From a virus (Duplodnaviria > Caudoviricetes): 34,416 nt of DNA. The position numbers and the translations under genes are program-made. Positions 9,415 through 17,578 of this stretch are shown here, one piece after another. The notes beneath the pieces were generated by a model that saw only the letters and a program-made list of their open reading frames with translations, was not told where the DNA came from and did not search any database. Every line of letters begins with the position of its first letter. Position 1 is the stretch's first letter. The stretch is taken from positions 1 to 34,416 of IMG/VR virus record IMGVR_UViG_3300037295_000528. One strand, given 5' to 3'.

Positions 9415-10077
9415 TTAGCAAACGAAATGATTATTATTTGTAGTTTGCCCAACTAAACTAGCATAAGGAGCATTTTGCCATTCTTCGGATTTGAAGCCAT
9501 TCATCATTTCCTTAGTTGCTAATTCAACATGAATATTTAGCGCATTGCAATCTAAAGACGAATGGTATAATTGATAAATCAATCCATCTTCTGATTTTGC
9601 AAAAACATAGGTTTTACCTACGGAATTCAAAAGCAATGCATCTTCAATATTAATTTTTAAAGTGTTTGCTAATCTTGCTGCATCAAAATTTTTATTTTCA
9701 CTTTCATTTTCTGAAAGTTCAACATATCCACCTGGGTTTATCGTGTAGATTTTATTTTTTTTTGCCTCTTTAAGTCTCAATTCAAGTGCTTTTTCATTTT
9801 TTCTGTATTGAATAATTCTTGCCGCTCTTTCATTTAGTTGCAAAACATAATCTTTTACATGAGATAAAGAAATTACTACATTTCCCAATAATTGATGGTT
9901 AATTGATTTGTTGTACTTTACACCGCGTCCAGAGTAGTATGTTCTGTCATCAAAATAAAAGGACATTCCATTTGGGAAAACAACCGTTTGCGTTCCACCC
10001 ATCGCAGCTGAATAGCTTGCTTTAAAATTGATTGCTACTTCTTCTGTAATTGCTAAATTTTTTACTGTATTTTTCAT
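9415..10077 (-). CDS. Hypothetical protein, first gene of a two-gene accessory operon
   Basis: 220-aa ORF with its own promoter; family not recognised. Confidence 0.75.
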   Translation of the reverse strand: MKNTVKNLAITEEVAINFKASYSAAMGGTQTVVFPNGMSFYFDDRTYYSGRGVKYNKSINHQLLGNVVISLSHVKDYVLQLNERAARIIQYRKNEKALELRLKEAKKNKIYTINPGGYVELSENESENKNFDAARLANTLKINIEDALLLNSVGKTYVFAKSEDGLIYQLYHSSLDCNALNIHVELATKEMMNGFKSEEWQNAPYASLVGQTTNNNHFVC

Positions 10078-10154
10078 CTTAATTTTTGCCGTATTTTCGA
10101 GTTGCCGCCTCTATTGATGAGTTTGCCGTGTAAATCACTTCCTTAACTCTTATA

Positions 10155-10184
10155 CAAATATATAACATATGTGTTATATAACAA
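10155..10184 (-). promoter_or_regulatory. Bacteroidota housekeeping-sigma promoter TTG-N19-TATATTTG with overlapping palindromic operator
   Basis: Consensus match; TATATAACA-tatg-TGTTATATA at 10159..10180. Confidence 0.75.
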
Positions 10185-10203
10185 TACATCAAATGTTAAA
10201 GTT

Positions 10204-10515
10204 TTAATAAAAGTTGTGTTTTTTTATTAGCACTTCTTTGACAAAAGAGGCATTAAATTTATCGGCCGAACCGTATTTAATTAGCTTGGTTTTTTCAATT
10301 TCCAAACCGTTTTTAATTCCAGTTGCAAAATCAGCATCTGTTTCAATTAAAATTTGAAGATCCGAATGCAGCATTTTCTTTTCTAAAATTAGAAAGTCAT
10401 CAATAAAAACGTGCTCTGGCTTTTCGTGCATAAATTCATAAAGTTCGAGAATGACTTGTTTGAGTTCCTGGTCTGTAAATTCGCGTGATGTGTTTTTTGC
10501 TTTTTGCTTTGCCAT
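10204..10515 (-). CDS. Second small-terminase-like protein (resembles P22 gp3-like DNA-packaging proteins)
   Basis: Pattern 'FTDQE..ELYEFM..VFIDDFL...EIEKTKLIKYGSADKFNASFVKEVLIKKHNF', recognised by eye. Confidence 0.5.
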   Translation of the reverse strand: MAKQKAKNTSREFTDQELKQVILELYEFMHEKPEHVFIDDFLILEKKMLHSDLQILIETDADFATGIKNGLEIEKTKLIKYGSADKFNASFVKEVLIKKHNFY

Positions 10516-10517
10516 GG

Positions 10518-11150
10518 TTATTGTGTTTGAATATTTTTATCAATCAATTCGTTAATCCATTTGTAATGAAAGTCATAAGTGTCTTTACTTTCTTCAAAAA
10601 TATATTGTTCATAGTTTGTGTTGGTACTTAAATTTCCGGAACCTTCATAAATATAGTAATTACCCAGATTTGTTTTTGCCAACATTATTTTTACGTGAAT
10701 TCGTTCAATGCCAATTTTACCCGATGGAAAATTATCCGTTAAGAAAAGATAGTCGGATTCTTTTTTTAATTTGGCCCACATGTCAGAAACTAGAATATTG
10801 ATTTTTGGATTTATTTTGCCTTCATCCATCAATGCTGTAATTCCGGTTATAATTTTTCGAGATACAGAAAATATGGCAATAGTCATTTCTTCAATGATTT
10901 CTGATTCTGTAATTTTATAGATAAAAGTTTGTGAAGGAATTCTTTTTACAATTACTCTGATCATCGAGTTTTTAGCTGGAAGTTGAATGTCGCTTTTATT
11001 TTTTAAATAAGTATAAATTTGACTTTGAATTTTTTGCTTATGCGTAATTATTATTTCTGAATCTTTTGGGTCTTTTTTTTCTTCTTTGTTCCAATTGATT
11101 TCGAAAATTTTATTATCCCGGTTGAGCTTTTTGATGTTTGATCTAAACAT
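10518..11150 (-). CDS. PLD-superfamily (single HKD-like motif) protein, putative nuclease
   Basis: IHVKIML...EGSGNLS...EQ matches HxK...GSxN...E. Confidence 0.75.
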   Translation of the reverse strand: MFRSNIKKLNRDNKIFEINWNKEEKKDPKDSEIIITHKQKIQSQIYTYLKNKSDIQLPAKNSMIRVIVKRIPSQTFIYKITESEIIEEMTIAIFSVSRKIITGITALMDEGKINPKINILVSDMWAKLKKESDYLFLTDNFPSGKIGIERIHVKIMLAKTNLGNYYIYEGSGNLSTNTNYEQYIFEESKDTYDFHYKWINELIDKNIQTQ

Positions 11151-11164
11151 AATAATTTGAATTT

Positions 11165-11193
11165 AAAAAAATCCGACACCTTTCGATGCCGGA
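11165..11193 (-). terminator. Intrinsic terminator
   Basis: Minus strand TCCGGCATC-GAAA-GGTGTCGGA followed by T7. Confidence 0.75.
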
Positions 11194-11247
11194 CCCCTCA
11201 CTTAAAAAAACACAATTTAAAAACAATTTAATCACAAATAAAGATTT

Positions 11248-11490
11248 TTATATAAATATCGTTATAAATAAATAACCAAATAAAGCGCCAAATCCCGCGC
11301 CAAAAGAATAGATCAATTTATTTCGAAAGTCCGATAACGCTATTTTAGAAACGTTGTAACTCCAAAGCATACTGATTGTAAATGATGCCAGAAAAATTCC
11401 TACAATATAACCCCTGTTAATAAGCAAGGTATTAATTGCAACCAGTGCAATTTGGAAAAAGGCTGTAAAGAAAATTTTAATATTGGCCAT
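11248..11490 (-). CDS. Small membrane protein (about 3 TM segments)
   Basis: 80 aa, strongly hydrophobic. Confidence 0.7.
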   Translation of the reverse strand: MANIKIFFTAFFQIALVAINTLLINRGYIVGIFLASFTISMLWSYNVSKIALSDFRNKLIYSFGAGFGALFGYLFITIFI

Positions 11491-11500
11491 TTTTTTAATG

Positions 11501-11968
11501 CTAACAGTTGTTCCTGATCAAAATTTTAGTTTGAAACAACTTTACATTAGAATCGCACCAACTATCAGTCAATTTCTTTGAACTATAATTACTTTTATTT
11601 TTAGCTGTAATCGATGTACATTTTATTAAATCAATATCAGGCAATTTTGGCTGTCGTTCTAAAATGTAAATAAAATCAGTCAATTCCTTTGCACTATAAT
11701 TACTTTTGGTTTTAGCTGTAATCGATGTACATTTTATTACACGAATATTAGGCGGTTGCAGCTGCCGTTCTAAAATGTAGTTAAAATTCCTGGAATTAAA
11801 ATAAAAAATGGTAACCTCAAAATTCATTTGTACGTTTACAACATCGTTTGTCATTTCTGACTTACAAAATGTTGCTTCTTTGTTTTTCTCCAGCAAGGGT
11901 GTACTTCCCATCGCCGTCAAACTAATCATCCCGATTAGAAAGATAAAGAGCGTTTTAAATAACTGCAT
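11501..11968 (-). CDS. Secreted/membrane-anchored protein with an internal 37-aa duplication
   Basis: N-terminal signal-like segment; two copies of YILERQ...IKCTSITAKxKSNYSxKxLTD. Confidence 0.65.
   Translation of the reverse strand: MQLFKTLFIFLIGMISLTAMGSTPLLEKNKEATFCKSEMTNDVVNVQMNFEVTIFYFNSRNFNYILERQLQPPNIRVIKCTSITAKTKSNYSAKELTDFIYILERQPKLPDIDLIKCTSITAKNKSNYSSKKLTDSWCDSNVKLFQTKILIRNNC
11564..11785. repeat. 111-bp tandem duplication, 2 copies
   Basis: Copies start at 11564 and 11675; about 16 mismatches by manual count. Confidence 0.9.
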
Positions 11969-12294
11969 TATACTTTAAAAATTTGTTTAGTTTTTTTCTT
12001 TTGATCCATTTCCTTCCAGAACTTTTTATTTTCATTTTCGACGGTATCAATTTCCGTTTGAATATCAATTTCGGTTGTTTTTGGATCCCAAGGAAAAACC
12101 ATTATATCTGTAACTTTTGTATTTCTGTTTTTTAAATTTGGCGACAAAATCGCAAACATAAGCTGCCGGGTTTGTTCCCAAGTTGTTTTTGTCAGTTCAG
12201 TCTGCCTGTTGGTATAACCGCCCACACAATTGTTAAATTGTCGCGGTGTAAGGTCATACAATTCATTTATTTTCAATCCTGATTCAAACGCCAA
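11968..12294 (-). CDS. Tail assembly chaperone, gpT-like part (probably reached by -1 frameshift)
   Basis: 'ELYDLTPRQF...WEQTR...DIMVFPWD' motif; only a TTG start; frame stays open up to 12363. Confidence 0.75.
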   Translation of the reverse strand: MAFESGLKINELYDLTPRQFNNCVGGYTNRQTELTKTTWEQTRQLMFAILSPNLKNRNTKVTDIMVFPWDPKTTEIDIQTEIDTVENENKKFWKEMDQKKKTKQIFKV

Positions 12295-12314
12295 ACTCTC
12301 GAGTTGGTCCCAGG

Positions 12315-12698
12315 TTACTGTCGTTTGTTTTTCAAGGACTTCGCCGCTGGAATCTTTGCTGGCTCACTTGCCTGCCTTGGCATTGATTCGTTTAGGTATT
12401 GGAATAATTCAGTAAGACAATTTACGTTTTGCAAAATATATTCGCAAAAATCATCATAGTCAAAGTTTTCTTTGTCATCTGGAGCGTCTCCGGCATGAAT
12501 ACCGCAAACTACAAGATCAGCTATATTGTCAAATGCCTCAAATTCCAAAGTTTCAAGACTTTTTGTAAGACCTTGTATTTTTTCAAAAACTTCGGTTAAA
12601 GAAGTTAATTTCCAAATTTCAGCCAACTGTCTAAAACATTTGTAACTGAATTTTAAATCAAGTGTTTGATCCTTGGTTTTAAATTTTAGTGAATTCAT
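12315..12698 (-). CDS. Tail assembly chaperone, gpG-like
   Basis: Position right after the tail tube gene; acidic helical protein with basic C-terminus. Confidence 0.75.
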   Translation of the reverse strand: MNSLKFKTKDQTLDLKFSYKCFRQLAEIWKLTSLTEVFEKIQGLTKSLETLEFEAFDNIADLVVCGIHAGDAPDDKENFDYDDFCEYILQNVNCLTELFQYLNESMPRQASEPAKIPAAKSLKNKRQ

Positions 12699-12732
12699 TG
12701 TGTGTGTGTTTTTTTGTGAATTTAATTGAAAT

Positions 12733-12767
12733 AAAATCCTGCATTATAATATTGAATGCAGGATTTT
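12733..12767 (-). terminator. Terminator after the major tail gene
   Basis: 13-bp stem AAAATCCTGCATT/AATGCAGGATTTT. Confidence 0.7.
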
Positions 12768-12797
12768 TTTTATTCTGTAAATTTTAAATTTACTGTA

Positions 12798-13484
12798 TTA
12801 AGCAACAAAAATTGTTATTGCATATTGTGAAAAACCAGCATTACTAAAAATTAGCAATTGCACAACATAAGTGCCAACAGAAGCTGTATCTGTCCAAGAA
12901 AATAAACCTGTAGTAGGATCTAATGATATACCAGTTCCTGGCAAAGGATTTGTTCCCGTAATTCCAAAAGAAGTAAAAGGTCCATTAGTACCAGTTACTT
13001 GAAAAGTTCCCTCTAAACCCTGCTGAATATTAATAACATTTTCACTTGTCATAATCGGATTTGGTGAAACAATCACTGCTAGTTGTAAATCTCCATTTCC
13101 TTTAAAAGAGAAATCACCAGTAACAGTATTACCGATTTCTGATGTAATGTTACAAGATTCAATAAATGCTTTACCCGATAAAATGAAATCACCAATTTCA
13201 TTACTTGTAAATTCAATATCCACTTCAGTTCCAGCAAGCTGCAAACCAAGTACACCCATAAAATCCGTTTGAGCCACATTCGCAGTATCTTTATCAGCTA
13301 CTAAAGAACTTGTTCCTAAAGTCCATGCATAACTTCCTGGAGTGGAAATTGTACCATTGGTATCTTTTGTGGCAATTTCTTCTAAAGTTGTCGTTAATCC
13401 TAACGAACATGATGTTGCATGAAATATTGCTTTTCCGTTAACGGCAATACGCACATTTTTACCTCGATAAATTTTTTCTGACAT
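12798..13484 (-). CDS. Major tail tube protein with C-terminal Ig-like domain
   Basis: 'HATSCSL...ATKD...FSFKGNGDL' tube motif; C-terminal 'LPGTGISLDPTTGLFSWT...GTY' resembles He_PIG. Confidence 0.88.
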   Translation of the reverse strand: MSEKIYRGKNVRIAVNGKAIFHATSCSLGLTTTLEEIATKDTNGTISTPGSYAWTLGTSSLVADKDTANVAQTDFMGVLGLQLAGTEVDIEFTSNEIGDFILSGKAFIESCNITSEIGNTVTGDFSFKGNGDLQLAVIVSPNPIMTSENVINIQQGLEGTFQVTGTNGPFTSFGITGTNPLPGTGISLDPTTGLFSWTDTASVGTYVVQLLIFSNAGFSQYAITIFVA

Positions 13485-13504
13485 AGTTTCTATGTATTAA
13501 TTGA

Positions 13505-13870
13505 TTAATTTTTAAAATTTAAAATTCCTATTAATGAATAATCTTCATCATTCACTTCCATATCTGACGTAATAAAATCATACTCATTACTTTCGTCAAT
13601 TACGTCTTTTATTGCATCTAGAAAATCAATGCATTCGTCGTACTGATCGGCTGCAAAATAAAACGAGAGCGTAAAATCAAACTCACTACCTTGTTTAGAC
13701 CGGGCACTTTCTCGCATTCCATAAATGCTTAACGGCAATTCAATAGTACCGTCAGACATTAAAGGAAATAACTTTGTAATCATCTGGCCATCCACTTCCT
13801 GATTCATTACATTCGTAAACGCTGGTGTGTTTACTAAAAAAGCAAATAATTGTAAGCCCGCGTTTTTCAT
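13505..13870 (-). CDS. Tail terminator/completion protein
   Basis: Synteny and size. Confidence 0.65.
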   Translation of the reverse strand: MKNAGLQLFAFLVNTPAFTNVMNQEVDGQMITKLFPLMSDGTIELPLSIYGMRESARSKQGSEFDFTLSFYFAADQYDECIDFLDAIKDVIDESNEYDFITSDMEVNDEDYSLIGILNFKN

Positions 13871-14388
13871 AATTTTTCCAGTTTTCTTTGAATGTATTTT
13901 GCAATTCTATCGGCACTTTCGCCGGTGGCACGTCCTTCAGTTTGCTGGAAGGTTTGTTTCATAAAAAACTGACCTTGCACAGAACCAGTAGCGTTTGTGG
14001 CTCTAGTTCGAGAATTACGACTTTTACCTTTGTAGGTTTTATGTCCGTTTTCGACAAAATTTCCATAAAAGCCATCATTCTTTATTTTGGCTCTAGGTCC
14101 TACAGCTACAGTTGGATTTACAGCGGCTTTGCCTCGCTTAGCCACGATAGTTCCAATTGACTTTGATAGGTTACCTGGTTGCACCATTCGACGTGTTCTG
14201 CTTCCGGAAATAAGATGTGACTTTTTAGATCTTGGTGCATTTCGCTTGGCAACCCTCACGGTTCCCGAAGCAACTTGCCGTAAAATGCCAATCATTTCCC
14301 GCTTTTTGGATTTGTCGTTTGTAATTTTTTGAATCTTACCAACGAGTTCTTGAAATCCAGTTATTTCGATGTCGATACCATTACTCAT
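13867..14388 (-). CDS. HK97 gp10-like tail completion protein
   Basis: 'IEITGFQEL...GNLSKSI...FYGNFVENGH...QFFM' motif. Confidence 0.82.
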   Translation of the reverse strand: MSNGIDIEITGFQELVGKIQKITNDKSKKREMIGILRQVASGTVRVAKRNAPRSKKSHLISGSRTRRMVQPGNLSKSIGTIVAKRGKAAVNPTVAVGPRAKIKNDGFYGNFVENGHKTYKGKSRNSRTRATNATGSVQGQFFMKQTFQQTEGRATGESADRIAKYIQRKLEKL

Positions 14389-14713
14389 TTACCGTAACTT
14401 TTAAGGTTAAAAATCTTCGACGGCCTAATTCAGCAACGTGTAAGATTCGGTATTTTATTAAAGCATCTTGCAAAATGTAGTCTTTGCCTTTTGCCAATAT
14501 ATCGCTATTAAAGCGGATGGTGTATTCTCGATTGACCACATTTATGATTTTGCCTTCCAATTGTTCATCACCGCCTTTTTCAGCCAGCATTGCAGCACAT
14601 TTTATAACTAATTGTTCAACAGGTTTTGTTGATCCAGTTGTAGTTTGCACTTTGACCGTTTTTAAAATAGATACTTTGCGGTCCATTTGACCGATGTAAG
14701 GTGTTTTTTGCAT
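14381..14713 (-). CDS. Head closure (SPP1 gp16-like) protein
   Basis: 'IGQMDRKVSI...YTIRF...GRRRFLTL'. Confidence 0.85.
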   Translation of the reverse strand: MQKTPYIGQMDRKVSILKTVKVQTTTGSTKPVEQLVIKCAAMLAEKGGDEQLEGKIINVVNREYTIRFNSDILAKGKDYILQDALIKYRILHVAELGRRRFLTLKVTVNE

Positions 14714-15255
14714 TAGTATAATTTGTAAGGTCGCAAAAGTGCATGCACCGCTGTTGAAACTACTTCAGTACGATCTTCCCTTCTTTCGTACATATCACCA
14801 ATGGATAGTAAAACCGCTTGGATGATCGGTTTAGGAATTGCAGCAAAACCAACAGACACTTCCACTTTTAAAGCATCAAAACGAGTGGCTGTATGTGGCA
14901 TGTCATCAATGACTAAATATGCAGACTTGCCGTCGACTTTCATCAACCGATAATCCGAATTTGGCATAACCACTAATTCTGATCCATCAATAGGAAAATA
15001 GCTTACAGATGTGATTGTTTGCACTGGATAAACGGGAAGTTTACCAGGTGAAACAAATTTGTCCATCAGCACCGTTGCCGTTGCTGAAAGACTACCACCA
15101 ATGAAATCTTCACAAATCACAACTGAAGCTTCGATGTATGCAGCAATCAAACTATCTTCATCCACGTAGCTTGGTTCAATTCGCAAATGTTGTTTTGCTA
15201 ATTCTAACGAAACAACTTCAATTTCTCCTGGTGTGATTGTCACATCTGTAATCAT
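14713..15255 (-). CDS. Head-tail connector (gp6/gp15-like)
   Basis: 'VSLELAKQHLRI...EDSLIAAYI...IIQAVLLSIGDMYERRE...LLRPY'. Confidence 0.9.
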   Translation of the reverse strand: MITDVTITPGEIEVVSLELAKQHLRIEPSYVDEDSLIAAYIEASVVICEDFIGGSLSATATVLMDKFVSPGKLPVYPVQTITSVSYFPIDGSELVVMPNSDYRLMKVDGKSAYLVIDDMPHTATRFDALKVEVSVGFAAIPKPIIQAVLLSIGDMYERREDRTEVVSTAVHALLRPYKLY

Positions 15256-15260
15256 ATTTC

Positions 15261-15596
15261 TTAATTTACGTATTCAGCGTATTTAGCCTCGACCATTTCT
15301 TGGGCTTGGTTTACATTGATTTCAACTTCGTCTCCCACGTTCCACGGCAGCAAAAAAGCACCACAAGGAGAAAGTAAGAACCGAATTAAAACGTTATTTG
15401 CATCAGCAGTTACTGTTTCATTAGCCTTATTTGCATCAGCAGTTACTGCTTCATTAACCGCATTTACATCAGCAGTTACTGCTTCATTAACCGCATTTAC
15501 ATCAGCAGTTACTGCTTCATTAACCGCATTTACATCAGCAGTTACTGTTTCATTAGCCGCTTCAGTACTTGCGTTTTTATTATCAGAATTTTTCAT
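15261..15596 (-). CDS. Small post-capsid protein with 11-aa repeats
   Basis: About 5 copies of NEAVTADVNAV plus C-terminal 'GDEVEI...AQEMVEAKYAE' domain. Confidence 0.7.
   Translation of the reverse strand: MKNSDNKNASTEAANETVTADVNAVNEAVTADVNAVNEAVTADVNAVNEAVTADANKANETVTADANNVLIRFLLSPCGAFLLPWNVGDEVEINVNQAQEMVEAKYAEYVN
15401..15561. repeat. 33-bp coding tandem repeat, ~5 copies
   Basis: Units start at 15401, 15434, 15467, 15500, 15533; the middle three are identical. Confidence 0.92.
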
Positions 15597-15619
15597 ACTA
15601 CTATATTTTAATTAGAATT

Positions 15620-15657
15620 AAATAAAAGTCCCCAAAATAGATTAGGAACTTTTATTT
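15620..15657 (-). terminator. Probable terminator after the major capsid gene
   Basis: Imperfect stem AAATAAAAGTCCC/GGAACTTTTATTT. Confidence 0.55.
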
Positions 15658-15667
15658 TTATCTGTTA

Positions 15668-16954
15668 TTACGTTGTAATAAATTTATCTACTGCAAAGGC
15701 ACCTGGTTGTGCAATTGCAATATCAGCATAAGCATTTGCAACCATTTCTAGTTGACCAGACTTCAATTTTGACCAAGGATTTACCACAAGTGATAAAGAG
15801 CCCCATTCTCCAATGAATAATTGAGAAAAGTCACCATAAATAAGTGGACGTTGTCCAGCTAAAGATGGAACTATAGATGAAGAAACCGTTCTTTCTCCAT
15901 TAATCGTATTGTTTTCCAAAAGAAAACGACCTGAACCAGCATCGATAGGAGTGCCCATCAAAGCATATTTAACAGAAGGATGCATCAAGAAACCTAAAGC
16001 TTGTTCTGTAGAATCTGCATTTTCAACAGCTGCTTGCAAAGCCAAAAGCATTGCACGAGTTGCTGGAGCAGCGGCATGAGCAGCACTAAAAATACCAACC
16101 GTATTTAAAATACCTCTAGGAGTATTTCCAGTTCCTGATCCGTTTATTGCAGCAAGTTGCAAAGTGTTTTCATATCCATTTCGAAGGATATTTAAAACCA
16201 TTGTTTGCACGTCGATTGAAGTCTGAAGCAATAATCGGTTAGAAATAGGAATTGCAGCACCTAAACGTTTTGGAGACAAAACGGGACCGTTAATTGCTAC
16301 TTTTTGGTCTGCAATTTCTTCGGTTTCACCTAACCATTGAAATGTTGCCGCACCAGCTACAGGTAGAGGCACATCACCACCTTGAAGTCCAGACAAACGA
16401 GTTGCACCTAACGCTTCCAAAAATAATTTTGGAGTAAAAGATGCTTGCACTCTTGGCGCCTGGTCTGTTACTAAAAATCCACCGTAAGCTCCAGCATCTT
16501 CTGAAACACTTTGACCAGTTCCACGAAGTACAGACATTGGGATGTGAACAGTTGCATTTTCGTCAATTTTTACACCAGCAGCACGAGATTCAGAAATTCC
16601 AATATCATGGATTTCTTTTTCAATACCGTCTAAATCCTTACCTTCACGAGCCATTCTAATGTGACGGGTGATTGAATAAGCCAATTCCATTTTTCTTTTT
16701 TCTTTGCCTTCACCACCATCACCAGTTGGAACTGCACCAGCTGCACGACTAGCAATTTCCAATGCAATTTTCTCGGCTTTTAAAGCACGAGAAATTTGTC
16801 CTTCTAATGCAGTAGATTCTACATCTAATGCATCAAATGAAAGCACTTCTTCAGCGTTCATTTCTCGATTTTCAGCTTTACACTTGTCTAGGATTGCCGC
16901 TTGTGCATCTAGTTTTTGTGAACGCTGTTGTTTAAATAAATCAGATTTTTTCAT
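15668..16954 (-). CDS. Major capsid protein, HK97 fold with N-terminal delta domain
   Basis: Coiled-coil N-terminus; 'LSPKRL...ISNRLLLQ', 'NGSGTGNTPRGIL', 'YGDFSQ'. Confidence 0.93.
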   Translation of the reverse strand: MKKSDLFKQQRSQKLDAQAAILDKCKAENREMNAEEVLSFDALDVESTALEGQISRALKAEKIALEIASRAAGAVPTGDGGEGKEKRKMELAYSITRHIRMAREGKDLDGIEKEIHDIGISESRAAGVKIDENATVHIPMSVLRGTGQSVSEDAGAYGGFLVTDQAPRVQASFTPKLFLEALGATRLSGLQGGDVPLPVAGAATFQWLGETEEIADQKVAINGPVLSPKRLGAAIPISNRLLLQTSIDVQTMVLNILRNGYENTLQLAAINGSGTGNTPRGILNTVGIFSAAHAAAPATRAMLLALQAAVENADSTEQALGFLMHPSVKYALMGTPIDAGSGRFLLENNTINGERTVSSSIVPSLAGQRPLIYGDFSQLFIGEWGSLSLVVNPWSKLKSGQLEMVANAYADIAIAQPGAFAVDKFITT

Positions 16955-16959
16955 CTTTT

Positions 16960-17577
16960 TTAACGTTTTTTATTAATACTTAATTTACGTTCGTAAAGTG
17001 AACGCTGGCTAAAATTATCCGGTTCAATAACCTTAATATCTTTGATCATTTCGGCACGAATAGCTTCCATGTTATCTTCACTTCTTTTTAATGCATCGGG
17101 ATTTGACCCTAAAGGCACAATGGACCATTCGATTAGTTCGGCTTCATCAAAATAAATCAAATCCCGATTTTCACCCAATTTTTCATTTCCGTAGTGGCCT
17201 TTCTTTGGATTGGCTCCGATAGATGCCATTCTTAAAGTTCCGGCTTGCACTTTTCTCCAAACTTTATCAGCTAGCGGATTCATATCTTCGGTTTCGAAAG
17301 TAACAACTGCAATTAATTCGTTGTTTTCGATTCTTAAAACGGATGTTCCCAAAACCACATCTGGATTGTCAGAATAGGACCGGTGTGCATAAAAAACAAC
17401 TGGATTGTTTTCGTATCTTTTCAAATCCCAACCAGACATCAAAAAAACAGTTCCGTAGGAATCGGGCGTTTCATTTGAAATCACAAATTCCGCTTGGCGG
17501 TTTGTTTTGTTTTCTTCGGACAAAGCACGAATAACGGCTTGACGAATTACTGGGCTATTTAGTTTTAAATCTGCCAT
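16960..17577 (-). CDS. Prohead protease (HK97-type)
   Basis: 'NNPVVFYAH...MASIG...ELIEWSIVPLGSNPDAL'. Confidence 0.9.
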   Translation of the reverse strand: MADLKLNSPVIRQAVIRALSEENKTNRQAEFVISNETPDSYGTVFLMSGWDLKRYENNPVVFYAHRSYSDNPDVVLGTSVLRIENNELIAVVTFETEDMNPLADKVWRKVQAGTLRMASIGANPKKGHYGNEKLGENRDLIYFDEAELIEWSIVPLGSNPDALKRSEDNMEAIRAEMIKDIKVIEPDNFSQRSLYERKLSINKKR

Positions 17578-17578
17578 C

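Noticed and set aside
11564-11785. 111-bp duplication as a DGR TR/VR pair
   Set aside because: Mismatches involve all bases, and both copies are in frame within one ORF
15401-15561. CRISPR-like array
   Set aside because: Contiguous coding repeats with no spacers
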